NCBI GenBank assembly: GCA_964524175.1
Contig: CAZGCK010000003.1
Location: 1 to 22,836, forward strand
Reading direction: 5' to 3'
Source of the DNA: an uncultured Bacteriovoracaceae bacterium
GTDB taxonomy: Bacteria > Bdellovibrionota > UBA1018
Length of the DNA: 22,836 bases
Shown here: positions 7,899 to 16,745 of the stretch, piece by piece
How positions within the stretch are numbered: position 1 is the first letter of the stretch
How the letters are laid out: each line of letters opens with the position of its first letter
The notes under the pieces: generated by a model
Told to the model about the DNA's origin: nothing
What the model saw: the letters and a program-made list of their open reading frames with translations, nothing else
Database searches by the model: none
Position numbers and translations under genes: made by a program

Positions 7899-7916
7899 AG
7901 TTACTTACAGGTAACT
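7899..7916. promoter_or_regulatory. Perfect inverted repeat AGTTAC-N6-GTAACT in the hxlR/yceI divergent intergenic region. Candidate HxlR operator.
   Basis: The repeat is directly visible. Additional GTAACT/AGTTAC half-sites lie at 7868..7873 and 7954..7959. Confidence 0.45.
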
Positions 7917-8002
7917 CAAAAAGCACGATAGGCTGAATTACTACTTTCTTTTGGTAACTGTCGTTCGTATGCTACCACTGATCCCACTCTACAAATCATC
8001 TT

Positions 8003-8695
8003 ATGAAAGGTATCTTCAAGATGCATCGTTCGAATCAAGTTATTAATAAAGTTCGTTTAACTAGCTTGGCATTGGCAGCGTTCGCCTTGCCGTCCCTTGC
8101 GTTTGCCGCCGACTATGTGGTGGATAAGGGCCATTCCCACGTGGGATTCACCGTTAAGCATTTGGTGAGCAAGGTAAAGGGGCAGTTCAACGACTTTGAA
8201 GGCAAATTCAGCTTTGACCCTGCGGCACTGGATACTGCTACTGGGAAGTTCGTCGTTAAGGCCAAATCGATCTACACGGGAGACGATAAGCGCGACGCCC
8301 ACCTTAGAAATGAAGATTTTTTCGATGTAAAAAAGTATCCAGAAATCGTGCTCGATAAAATCAAGGTCTCCCCAAATGGCGATAAGTTCAAGCTCGTAGG
8401 GGATCTTACCATGCATGGAGTGACCAAGTCGGTGAGCTTTGATCTCGAATTTGGTGGCTTAGCGGCCGACCCTTGGGGAAATCAGCGGGCTGGCTTCACG
8501 GCGACGACCATCATCAATCGCAAAGACTACGGTTTGATCTGGAACAAAGTTCTCGATGCGGGCGGAGTTATGATTGGCGAAGACGTCGCGCTTGAGCTTC
8601 AAGTTGAGGCGATTCAGGCTAAAGCAGGCGACGCCAAAGCTCCTGAAGGCGATGCAAAGAAAGCCGCCAATAAGGATCATAAAAAGAAGCATTGA
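8003..8695 (+). CDS. yceI: YceI-family periplasmic polyisoprenoid-binding protein
   Basis: Signal peptide (…LTSLALAAFALPSLAFA/ADYV). YceI signature blocks DKGHSHVGFTVKHL, KFDVKKYPEI and LTMHGVTKSV. A K/A-rich tail. An alternative start lies at ATG 8021. Confidence 0.85.
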   Translation: MKGIFKMHRSNQVINKVRLTSLALAAFALPSLAFAADYVVDKGHSHVGFTVKHLVSKVKGQFNDFEGKFSFDPAALDTATGKFVVKAKSIYTGDDKRDAHLRNEDFFDVKKYPEIVLDKIKVSPNGDKFKLVGDLTMHGVTKSVSFDLEFGGLAADPWGNQRAGFTATTIINRKDYGLIWNKVLDAGGVMIGEDVALELQVEAIQAKAGDAKAPEGDAKKAANKDHKKKH

Positions 8696-8711
8696 TCCGC
8701 AGGAGTGATTT

Positions 8712-9557
8712 ATGACGACAAGGTCCGAGGCAATCCGCAGGCAGCCAGCTCTGTTTCTCAGTCATGGCACTCCGATGCTAGGGCTGCAGGAGGACGAGTA
8801 TACGCAGGAGCTGCAGCGGTTTGGCGCGAGTCTCGCGCCAAGGCCTCGGGCCATCGTCATTGTCTCGGCACATGGGCTTTCGTCTCCGCCGGTGGTCGAG
8901 CTTCATGCGGCCGAGAAGCCCAAACTGATTTATGATTTTCGCGGTTTTCCAGGCGAGCTCTATCTGGTTGAGTACCCTTGCCCTGGAGCGCCCGATCTGG
9001 CGGCCACTCTCGCCTCGCGGTTGTCAGAGGCTGGGTTCGAGTCTGCGATCGAGACTAGCGGTGGCTTGGACCATGGCGTGTGGGTGCCGCTGAAGATCGC
9101 GTTTCCAGCAGCCAACATTCCTGTGCTTCAGATCACGATGCCTTATCCCGCGCAGCCTGAGCAAGTGTTGAAGCTCGGCCGCGTGTTGGCACCTCTGCGC
9201 GACGAAGGGGTGCTTGTGATCGGAAGCGGAGGCATGGTTCACAATCTGAGCAAGCTCGTGTGGCATCAGAAACATGGCCCCGCCGAACCATGGGCCCTCG
9301 AGTTTGATCGCTGGGTGTGCGAACGCCTCGAGGCCCGCGATGTTCAGGCGCTCATCCATTTCGAGGAAGAGGCGCCTCATGGGCGTTTGGCGCATCCAGA
9401 GCCCGAGCATTTTTTTCCGCTTTTTTTCACCTTGGGCGCGAGCGCTCCGGGAGATCGCCTTCATTTCATTTATCGAGGCTTTCAGTACGCAAGTTTGTCG
9501 ATGACGAGTTTCGCACTCTTGCCGCCCGAGGCTCCGGGGAGCGCTTTTCTCCAGTAG
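8712..9557 (+). CDS. ygiD: LigB-family extradiol ring-cleavage dioxygenase (class III, YgiD / 4,5-DOPA-dioxygenase-like)
   Basis: PALFLSHGTPM, AIVIVSAHG, DFRGFPGELY, LDHGVWVPL, GSGGMVHNL and PEPEHFFPLF are collinear with E. coli YgiD. A GGAG RBS lies 7 nt upstream. The gene sits 16 bp after yceI, so the two are probably co-transcribed. Confidence 0.85.
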   Translation: MTTRSEAIRRQPALFLSHGTPMLGLQEDEYTQELQRFGASLAPRPRAIVIVSAHGLSSPPVVELHAAEKPKLIYDFRGFPGELYLVEYPCPGAPDLAATLASRLSEAGFESAIETSGGLDHGVWVPLKIAFPAANIPVLQITMPYPAQPEQVLKLGRVLAPLRDEGVLVIGSGGMVHNLSKLVWHQKHGPAEPWALEFDRWVCERLEARDVQALIHFEEEAPHGRLAHPEPEHFFPLFFTLGASAPGDRLHFIYRGFQYASLSMTSFALLPPEAPGSAFLQ

Positions 9558-9748
9558 CGCATCCAGAGCGAGTTCTCGCCGAGGACGCACTTAAGCGTGT
9601 CGTGAGCTTCGTCAAGCGTGAGGTCCCGGGATGCGCTCCAGAGGTCCTCGAAAATCAAGCTTGTTGCTCCGATGGCGAGCGAGGGAAACGCACCGTCGTC
9701 GATTTCTCCATAACCCACGATCCAGAGTCGCGTCCAAAGCTCTTAGAA

Positions 9749-9779
9749 TCTAGGCGGCATGGGTTCCTAGGCTTTTTTT
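9749..9779 (+). terminator. Candidate rho-independent terminator: stem TCTAGG/CCTAGG (includes one G·U pair), 11-nt loop, then T7
   Basis: Seen directly as tctaggcggcatgggttcctagg followed by cttttttt. It lies about 190 nt downstream of the ygiD stop. Confidence 0.3.
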
Positions 9780-10034
9780 GACCATGAGGGAAGGGGCGAC
9801 GGTCTCGTTTGCGCGAAGCATCGCCGTGAAAATTGCGCGCGAGAAGAGAGTCGCCCGCCCTTTCTACCATTTAGTGTAAACGACTTAGTTGCATGCAGAG
9901 AGCTCAGCGCAAAGATGCCAAAGATCAGCGACTCGATTGTCGCCGTCTTGGGTTATTTTTCTCGATTGCGGAGATCCCCGTGTTCTTAGCGTTTTTCTTG
10001 GAGCTTGCCATGTGATTCTCCTATAGTTAGCCGT

Positions 10035-10706
10035 ATGACTGATTCTACTGCTCCGACCAAAAAACGCATTTCGGCTCCGGGAGTCCTGGTCAGTGATTAC
10101 CTGGTTCGCGATGCTCAAAAGGCCCGGCGATTGATTCTTCTCCTTCATGGCTACCAACAGACGGGCGAAATCATGATGCGCAAATTCGCAGCATGTTGTC
10201 CTGAGGATGCGGTTTTGCTTGCGCCCAATGCTCCTTACCCGGTGCCAGAGCGTCGCGATGATGGAGGCTATCGAGAAGGGTATTCTTGGTATTTTTATCA
10301 CCCCGCCACGGATGAGTACATCATCGATATGGCGAACTCCTGGGCGCTACTTCGCAAGCTCACTGAGCAGCCAGAGTGGCGCTTGCTTCCTAAAACGGTC
10401 GTTGGCTTTTCTCAGGGCGGATATTTGGCTTTGCTCTTGGCCGAGAAGCTGAGCGACGTAGAGCAGGTAGTTGGAATTGCGTCAGAGTACTTGGTGGATG
10501 AATTGGAAAGTAAGGGACCCCTCTCTTTCCGAGTTGATGCGATTCATGGCGAGAAAGATGGGATCGTCCGCGTTGAGGGAGCCCAAAAGAGCCATTCGAG
10601 GGTGCTTGCGGAGAGAGGCGCAATGGGAAGGTTTGTCAATCTTGCCGGGGTGGATCATCGAATTGTCCCCGAGATGCAGGAAGCACTGAAAGCGTTACTG
10701 ATCTAA
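10035..10706 (+). CDS. Alpha/beta-hydrolase of the phospholipase/carboxylesterase family
   Basis: LILLLHGYQQTG in the oxyanion region, nucleophile elbow GFSQGG and a C-terminal HG.KD…VDH block. The open frame begins with TTG at 10005. The ATG at 10035 is the likelier start. Confidence 0.75.
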   Translation: MTDSTAPTKKRISAPGVLVSDYLVRDAQKARRLILLLHGYQQTGEIMMRKFAACCPEDAVLLAPNAPYPVPERRDDGGYREGYSWYFYHPATDEYIIDMANSWALLRKLTEQPEWRLLPKTVVGFSQGGYLALLLAEKLSDVEQVVGIASEYLVDELESKGPLSFRVDAIHGEKDGIVRVEGAQKSHSRVLAERGAMGRFVNLAGVDHRIVPEMQEALKALLI

Positions 10707-11000
10707 GCTCTGAATCAAGACATAGGGTTGCACAACCAACATTTTAAATAAGCGCGACGCATCAAGGTTCCAGGCCTCCAGTTGCTCGTGCGTAGGCTTC
10801 TTGAGCTGACCCTTTGCAATGAGTTTACCGACTTCTGTTGATTGGTCTCGAGCCACTTTCTCTCCCACGTCCAACAAGTTAAGCGCAGGGTCGACTACTA
10901 TGACAGCATCTCGCTCGGCATGAGGTTTGATCCAGAGCCATGGCGCCTGGTCGAGAGATTTTGCAAGTTGCGAGTGAAGGTCGTCTGTTTGGTCAGGCAT
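10695..11000 (-). CDS. Hypothetical 101-aa protein
   Basis: Protein-like composition and no motif I recognise. It overlaps the convergent hydrolase by 12 bp. Confidence 0.4.
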   Translation of the reverse strand: MPDQTDDLHSQLAKSLDQAPWLWIKPHAERDAVIVVDPALNLLDVGEKVARDQSTEVGKLIAKGQLKKPTHEQLEAWNLDASRLFKMLVVQPYVLIQSLDQ

Positions 11001-11100
11001 TGGAAAGTCGGTTTGAGGGATTTAACGGAGACTCACAGATTTGGCAATTTACATCACGCGTCGCTAACAGTAAAACAGACACATCGTGTTGCTTACCTTC

Positions 11101-11436
11101 ATGAAGGCCAAAATTCATCGGGCGACTGTGACCCAAGCTGACCTCGAGTACGAAGGCAGTATATTGGTTGATCAAGTCTTATTGAGAGAAGCAGGGATCT
11201 TGCCTTACGAGCAAGTGCATATTTACGATGTCAATAATGGCAATCGCTTCGTTACCTATGCCCTCGAGGGTCCTGCCAATAGTGGGGTGATTTGCGTCAA
11301 TGGAGCAGCCGCGCGAATGGTTCACCCAGGCGACAAGCTGATCATCGTGAGCTACTGCCAACTCACTTCGGATCAAGCTGCGGGCTTCAAGCCGCGCGTC
11401 TTGCTCATGGGTGACGGCAACAAGATCAAGGGCTAG
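11101..11436 (+). CDS. panD: Aspartate 1-decarboxylase proenzyme
   Basis: MKAKIHRATVTQADLEYEGS… with the self-processing Gly-Ser site (YEGS), plus VNGAAARMVHPGDKLII. The protein is collinear with E. coli PanD. The open frame starts 15 nt earlier, at 11086. Confidence 0.9.
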   Translation: MKAKIHRATVTQADLEYEGSILVDQVLLREAGILPYEQVHIYDVNNGNRFVTYALEGPANSGVICVNGAAARMVHPGDKLIIVSYCQLTSDQAAGFKPRVLLMGDGNKIKG

Positions 11437-11488
11437 CTTTTTTAGGGACCTCCCGCTTAGAATCGACTCTATTGCGAGGTAATAGACC

Positions 11489-12490
11489 ATGGGAATCATG
11501 AGTTTTATCAAGAAGCAGTTCATTGATGTGATCGACTGGACTGAGTCCGGTGATGGGGTGCTAGCATTTCGGTATCCGATGCAGGACCGCGAGATCCAGA
11601 ATGGAGCCCAGCTCACGGTGCGTGAGTCTCAGCTCGCTCTTTTCGTCAATGAAGGTCAGATTGCCGATGTTTTTGCGCCCGGACTTCACACTCTGACGAC
11701 TCGGTCCTTGCCGATTCTCACCAATCTCAAAAGTTGGGATAAGGGCTTTAAGTCACCCTTTAAATCCGACATTTATTTTTTCAGCACTCGTGAGCAGCTC
11801 AATCAAAAGTGGGGCACGCCTCAACCGATCACGGTGCGCGACAAGGAATACGGGCCTCTTCGCATCCGTGCTCATGGCAGCTTTTCATACCAGCTCAAGG
11901 ATCCTGGCCTCTTTTATAAGAAAATCAGCGGCACGCGTGATGAATATCGGGTCGAGGATCTCGAAGGGCAGCTTCGTTCGGTAGTTTTGACCTCGATGGC
12001 AACTTTCTTGGGTGGGGCCGCGGTTCCATTCGTTGATATGGCTGGCAATCAGCAAAAATTCTCTGACACTTTGAAAGAAGCGCTCGTCCTTGCGTTCAAA
12101 GAATATGGCCTTGTGCTCAAGTCCTTTCGTGTAGAAAGTGTCTCGCTTCCTGAAGAGCTGCAAGCTGCTTTAGATAAGAGCAGTTCTATGCGTCTGGTGG
12201 GTGATCTGCAGAAATATGCTCAATTTCAGGCCGCGGATGCAATGGGTGCTGCTGCACGAAACGAAGGTGGCGCTGCGGGGGCTGGTGTCGGGCTGGGAGC
12301 GGGTGTTGCCATCGGCCAGGCGATGGCACAAGCTCTTGGCAATCCAGGAAAGGCTCCCGAAGCCGACCAGGTTCATAGCGCTCAAGACGCTGTAGCAATG
12401 TTGGGTAAACTACATGAGCTTGTGGCTAAGGGAATCCTGACGCAAGCTGAGTTCGATGCTAAAAAGGCTGAGTTGCTGAAGAAAATCTAG
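11489..12490 (+). CDS. SPFH/Band-7-like domain protein (YdjI-like) with an Ala/Gly-rich linker and a C-terminal SHOCT domain
   Basis: The N-terminus (MSFIKKQFIDVIDWTE…) is like SPFH-fold 'virion core protein-like' bacterial proteins. Next comes a low-complexity AAGAGVGLGAGVAIGQAMAQALG stretch. Then SAQDAVAMLGKLHELVAKGILTQAEFDAKKAELLKKI, which matches the SHOCT pattern (…GxIT.EEFeakKaeLL). A GAGGT RBS precedes the start. Confidence 0.75.
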   Translation: MGIMSFIKKQFIDVIDWTESGDGVLAFRYPMQDREIQNGAQLTVRESQLALFVNEGQIADVFAPGLHTLTTRSLPILTNLKSWDKGFKSPFKSDIYFFSTREQLNQKWGTPQPITVRDKEYGPLRIRAHGSFSYQLKDPGLFYKKISGTRDEYRVEDLEGQLRSVVLTSMATFLGGAAVPFVDMAGNQQKFSDTLKEALVLAFKEYGLVLKSFRVESVSLPEELQAALDKSSSMRLVGDLQKYAQFQAADAMGAAARNEGGAAGAGVGLGAGVAIGQAMAQALGNPGKAPEADQVHSAQDAVAMLGKLHELVAKGILTQAEFDAKKAELLKKI

Positions 12491-12509
12491 ACCTAGGCGA
12501 AAACAAGCC

Positions 12510-12971
12510 CTAGTTCAACTCAACAGTCGGTAGTTCAGAGCAAGAGTGGCCTGTCAGCAGGAGAACGGCTAGGACTGGATCTCCAAATGCGAGCACGTTC
12601 TGAGCGACGAGGACTTCTTGATTTTTGTCTGAGTTGTACTGGATGTAGACGTCTTGAATATCTCCACCGTCAGAAAACTCGGACTCCTTCATAATGACGG
12701 TAAAACGACGGCCATCTACCAAGAACATAGCTCGATCGCGGGAGGTCCTCATCTCCGCGCATCTGCTAACAATCGCAAAGTTGATGGGGTTGCCTTCGGG
12801 TGGGATGCGAAAGGTTTGTACCCCGCATTTGAGCGCAACCTCAGAAAAGGCGCGCATCAACTCGGAGGGGTCAGTGGCTGCTTGAGCAAATGGCGTAGAG
12901 GTCATAGAGGTGAGGAGAAGTAGGAAAAACATCGGGGAAACAAACTTAATTTTAAGCATAATAGATCTCAT
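12510..12971 (-). CDS. Secreted hypothetical protein with an N-terminal signal peptide
   Basis: MRSIMLKIKFVSPMFFLLLLTSMTSTPFAQA/ATDP gives a signal-peptide n/h/c pattern. There is no recognisable domain. The open frame reaches the TTG at 13007. The likely start is ATG 12971 or 12959. Confidence 0.5.
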   Translation of the reverse strand: MRSIMLKIKFVSPMFFLLLLTSMTSTPFAQAATDPSELMRAFSEVALKCGVQTFRIPPEGNPINFAIVSRCAEMRTSRDRAMFLVDGRRFTVIMKESEFSDGGDIQDVYIQYNSDKNQEVLVAQNVLAFGDPVLAVLLLTGHSCSELPTVELN

Positions 12972-13172
12972 GGGTGGTGCGGATCTATCAATCTCAGTGT
13001 GGAACAAACAGAAACTATTTAGACTGATATAATTCTATTTAGGAATAGATTTCAATCTGCAATCCTTCTGTGCTTTCGAAGCTTGCGCGTTACCTAGGGG
13101 TGTGGCCCAACCTCTCTGACTTTTACGATGACTGGCAAGACAGCTAGGGTATGCTGATTTCAGAAAAAAATT

Positions 13173-14024
13173 ATGGATCTTCAGAATTTTCGCCTCATTC
13201 AGCTTTTGGTTGCCGACCCCAATCTTTCTCGCGCCGCTGAGAGATTGCACCTGACTCAGTCTGCCCTTTCAAAGAGAGTCGCTTCGATCGAGTCGGAGCT
13301 CGGGTTTCAGCTCTTTGAGCGCAGAGGTCCGCGAGGACTCAGGGTTCTGCCGCAGGCAGTGGAGCTTGCGCGCCTCTCTGAGCGCGTGGGCAGTGCTTGG
13401 GAAACAGGGGTTCGTCGCATCACTCGCTCAACCGATGAGCCCGAGCATTTTGTGCTCGTAGGGCCTCCTCTTTTTTTGCGCGAAATTGTTTTGCCTTGGT
13501 GGGGACAGGTCGAGAAGCGGTTTCCGTATCTCCAGCTCGAGGTGCAGACTTCAGGGATGGATCGCGTATCGCTTGATGCGCTCGGGACGCATGCGGATGC
13601 GGCGATCGTGGAGAGGCGCGAGGAGTTGCCCGATCATATTTGCAAGCCGATTTATACGGAACGATGGGGGATTGTCCGCCACAACACCCTGACGGATCCC
13701 GATATGAACCGCTATCATTGGGGCACCTATTCGACCCGGAGCAATCCAGTAGATACCTGGCTGGTGCAGCGCCAGAAAATCGCGCCGCCTCATTATCGAT
13801 TTTATTGGCAGGATCTCACGGCGATCGCCATTTGGGTGGCTGATACTCCAGGGGCTGCATCTGTTCTGCCTTGGCATGCTGTGGCTTGGTTACACAAGCG
13901 CAAGCGCATTCAGTTTGAACCTCTCGGGCCGGATGCTCAAACGCGGCTGTTTTTGGCCTACCCTAAGCAAACGCCGCATAAGAAGCTGATCAAAGCGATG
14001 ACGGAGATCGAGGGTATTGCGTGA
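13173..14024 (+). CDS. LysR-family transcriptional regulator
   Basis: N-terminal HTH (LSRAAERLHLTQSALSKRVASIESELGFQLFER) followed by a roughly 200-aa substrate-binding-like domain. Confidence 0.8.
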   Translation: MDLQNFRLIQLLVADPNLSRAAERLHLTQSALSKRVASIESELGFQLFERRGPRGLRVLPQAVELARLSERVGSAWETGVRRITRSTDEPEHFVLVGPPLFLREIVLPWWGQVEKRFPYLQLEVQTSGMDRVSLDALGTHADAAIVERREELPDHICKPIYTERWGIVRHNTLTDPDMNRYHWGTYSTRSNPVDTWLVQRQKIAPPHYRFYWQDLTAIAIWVADTPGAASVLPWHAVAWLHKRKRIQFEPLGPDAQTRLFLAYPKQTPHKKLIKAMTEIEGIA

Positions 14025-14180
14025 GTCCCTACCTAGCCCCATGCTCGAAAAGGCGCGGTTGTTCACTCTAACTATTTAAAATCACTTACCTGTCTCTGTG
14101 GGCGATGCAGAGCCTCTTTTGGGTGACTGAGGCAAATTCGTCGGCTGGCAAAGTCTTGTCATTTAGGGTACATAGGGCCT

Positions 14181-15347
14181 GTGCGAGCAGGCTCTTCTAC
14201 AACCGTTGTCGTCGGCATGTCCGGCGGAGTTGATTCTTCTGTTGCCGCGTGGCTGCTCAAGGAGCAGGGCTATCGCGTGATCGGCTTGTTCATGAAGAAC
14301 TGGGAAGAGAAGGATGAGAACGGCGTTTGCACTTCGGCTAAGGATTTCGAAGATGTCGCGCGAGTTTGCGAGACCATCGGGATCCCTTATTATGGCGTCG
14401 AGTTTGTCCGCGAGTACTGGGACCGCGTCTTCAAGAACTTCTTAGAAGAGTACGAAGCCGGTTACACGCCTAACCCAGACATCCTCTGCAATCGTGAGAT
14501 CAAATTTGATGTTTTCATGAAGAAAGCGATGGAGCTGGGCGCGGACTATTTGGCCACTGGCCACTACGCGCGCCTATTGCCTGATGTAGGTGGTGGGTCG
14601 CGCTTGGGTAAAGGTGTGGATCCCGGCAAGGATCAGTCTTATTTTCTCTATACGTTAAAAAACGAAATCCTCGAGAGGGTGCTTTTTCCGGTAGGGGAGC
14701 TGCCTAAGAGCGAGGTCAGGCGCATTGCTGCGCAGGCGGGCTTAAGTACTGCGCTAAAGAAAGACAGCACTGGGATTTGTTTTATCGGAGAGCGCAAGTT
14801 CTCTAAGTTTTTGAGTCAGTACGTTCATGCCCGCCCAGGCACCATTCGGAGCCTAGACGGTCAAGTGCTTGGTCGCCATGAAGGCGTTTGTTACTATACG
14901 CTCGGTCAACGCAAAGGTCTGGGACTCGGTGGCGAGGGAGAAGCCTATTTTGTCGTGGGCAAAGATCCTCAGCGCGCTGTCGTCTACGCCGAGCGTGGCG
15001 AGAGGCATCCGGCTCTTTACTCTGAGACTCTCACCGCAACGGAGGCTACGTGGGTAGGGAGCGCCCCAGTGGAGTTGCCCCTCAAGTGTCGCGCCAAAGT
15101 TCGCTACCGCCAAGCTGATCAGGGTTGCACGATCACGACGATTGATTCGCAGAGCGGGCGGATCACCGTTCAGTTTGACGAGCCCCAAAGAGCGATTACG
15201 CCGCGGCAATCGGTAGTTTTCTACTCTGCTGATGTTTGTCTTGGAGGGGCAATGATCGAGGCGCCCGGCCCAAGTCTCTTTGAGCTGGGTAAGGCTCTGC
15301 CAAATGAGGTGCATCATGAGCGAAGAGTCCAAGAAGCCCACCCCTGA
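14181..15347 (+). CDS. mnmA: tRNA-specific 2-thiouridylase MnmA
   Basis: PP-loop [13 protein letters not shown], …[13 protein letters not shown]…, and catalytic Cys regions (GICFIGE). Length matches. GTG start at 14181. Confidence 0.9.
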   Translation: MRAGSSTTVVVGMSGGVDSSVAAWLLKEQGYRVIGLFMKNWEEKDENGVCTSAKDFEDVARVCETIGIPYYGVEFVREYWDRVFKNFLEEYEAGYTPNPDILCNREIKFDVFMKKAMELGADYLATGHYARLLPDVGGGSRLGKGVDPGKDQSYFLYTLKNEILERVLFPVGELPKSEVRRIAAQAGLSTALKKDSTGICFIGERKFSKFLSQYVHARPGTIRSLDGQVLGRHEGVCYYTLGQRKGLGLGGEGEAYFVVGKDPQRAVVYAERGERHPALYSETLTATEATWVGSAPVELPLKCRAKVRYRQADQGCTITTIDSQSGRITVQFDEPQRAITPRQSVVFYSADVCLGGAMIEAPGPSLFELGKALPNEVHHERRVQEAHP

Positions 15348-15750
15348 GGATTATTCTAAACTGACTCTCGAAGAGTGGGCGCAGCGGCTGACTCCGGAGC
15401 AGTTGAGAGTGTGTCGCAAGAAGGGCACTGAACGCGCTTTTTCGGGCGAGTACCATGACTCAAAAACTCCCGGTACTTATGTTTGCGTTTGTTGTGGGCA
15501 GGAGCTCTTTACGTCAGGTGACAAATTTGATTCGGGATGTGGATGGCCGAGCTATACCCAGCCCGCGCAGAAGGGACGAGTCGCATACACGCCCGACACC
15601 AGTATCGCCTTTATGCCGCGGGTTGAGGTGACTTGTACCCGCTGTGGCGCACATCTGGGACATGTGTTTGATGATGGGCCGAGGCCTACCGGCCAGCGTT
15701 ATTGCATCAACTCGGTGGCGCTGAAGCTAAAGCCCGACTCAGAAAAGTAG
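15316..15750 (+). CDS. msrB: Peptide-methionine (R)-S-oxide reductase MsrB
   Basis: CGWPSY and [21 protein letters not shown] (the Zn-binding CxxC pairs and the catalytic Cys). The ATG at 15316 overlaps the 3' end of the mnmA ORF by 32 nt. The open frame extends back to 15280. Confidence 0.9.
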   Translation: MSEESKKPTPEDYSKLTLEEWAQRLTPEQLRVCRKKGTERAFSGEYHDSKTPGTYVCVCCGQELFTSGDKFDSGCGWPSYTQPAQKGRVAYTPDTSIAFMPRVEVTCTRCGAHLGHVFDDGPRPTGQRYCINSVALKLKPDSEK

Positions 15751-15795
15751 CTGACTCTCCCTCTTTGGCTAGAGCTTTTCTTGAGTTGGAATTGA

Positions 15796-16071
15796 ATGCA
15801 TCAGTCTCGCTTTCGAAAGCAGCTTGAGTTGCGCGCGGAAGGTTCCCGGGTTACATCCCCCCTTATGAAAGCTGTAACTATTCTTGTTGGCGCTTGTGTG
15901 GCTGGAGTTTTGATTTCGTTTGCTGGGAGCCTCTACACCGGGGTCCAGATTCATCGCGAGGAGAGTCGTCCCAAGCCGCAAGTGTTTCCGACGCCGGCGA
16001 TGGGTGGTGCGACGTCGGCGCCCGCTCAAGTTGCTCCTGTGCCGGGCGGAATGCCGACGCCGGCCCACTAA
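15796..16071 (+). CDS. Possible small membrane protein with one TM helix and a Pro/Ala-rich tail
   Basis: TM segment AVTILVGACVAGVLISFAG. Weak RBS. The call rests on ORF length and composition only. Confidence 0.3.
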   Translation: MHQSRFRKQLELRAEGSRVTSPLMKAVTILVGACVAGVLISFAGSLYTGVQIHREESRPKPQVFPTPAMGGATSAPAQVAPVPGGMPTPAH

Positions 16072-16512
16072 AGCTATCGGTTGAGAGCCTGAGTTCGTAC
16101 CCAGGGTCGAGGAAGCCCTCGCGCAGAAGTTAGGTCCTAGAAGAGTGCTTAAAAAAACTATCCGTGCACCCAGTCTCGCGTCGCCGCAAGCTTTTTACTG
16201 TACCGTAAGTCCCGTCGTTGACCAAACACCATAACCAGGATCAGCACCACCGACGCCCGTGACTAATGCAACTCCTGATTGGCAGGTCGAGTTCATAAAG
16301 ACGCGGTTTACAGTACCCGTTAAGTTTTGATGTTCAAAATCGGCAACATCAGAGAGCGGAGCTGACTTGGGGCTCGCAAAAACAGGGTCAGTTGACAAGG
16401 CCTTAGACAGCTAATCGGGGTCGTTGCCATTTCTGCTGGGCATGATTTGGACTTTTTGTTCACAAATGAGCGCTAGGCTTGGCGGTTGAATGGGGTCATT
16501 TAGTTAGTTGTG

Positions 16513-16540
16513 TTGGTATCTTAGGTTACACTTTTAATAT
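16513..16540 (+). promoter_or_regulatory. Sigma70-like promoter candidate TTGGTA-N16-TAATAT
   Basis: Read directly from the sequence in an AT-rich island. It is oriented toward the lipoprotein gene about 250 nt downstream. Confidence 0.3.
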
Positions 16541-16723
16541 TTAATTATGAAATTCGTGGGTCGTTCGCTCAATGGATCTATCGCAGTAGGCGTGACTCGT
16601 TTGTGTTGGCGCGGTTACTGCTAATCGCAATCTCTGAGTTTGAAGATAGAACGCAAGGAATAATGAGGACGACTTTTGATTGTTATCTAGATCGATCACT
16701 TGATCGCTCTCAAGGCGCAGCGA

Positions 16724-16745
16724 CTCTCAGGTTAAGTCCTGAGAG
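16724..16745 (+). other. Perfect 8-bp stem hairpin (CTCTCAGG-ttaagt-CCTGAGAG) in the putative 5' leader of the lipoprotein gene, with no following T-run
   Basis: Seen directly. It lies 45 nt upstream of the AAGGAG RBS of the 16790 gene. Confidence 0.35.

Noticed and set aside
9040-9060. tRNA T-arm-like sequence GGGTTCGAGTCTG
   Set aside because: It lies inside the conserved ygiD coding sequence. There is no matching acceptor stem, D-arm or anticodon arm, and no other tRNA-like signature elsewhere in the window.
9024-9590. 188-aa ORF on the − strand
   Set aside because: It lies entirely antisense within the strongly supported ygiD gene and has a shadow-ORF composition.
16195-16398. 67-aa Gly-rich ORF as a RiPP precursor associated with the radical-SAM gene ygiQ
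   Set aside because: It has a TTG start with a poorly spaced SD. There is no leader/core pattern I recognise and no Cys/Ser/Thr enrichment. YgiQ is a conserved housekeeping-type family, not a RiPP maturase. It is mentioned only as part of the gene-free region finding.
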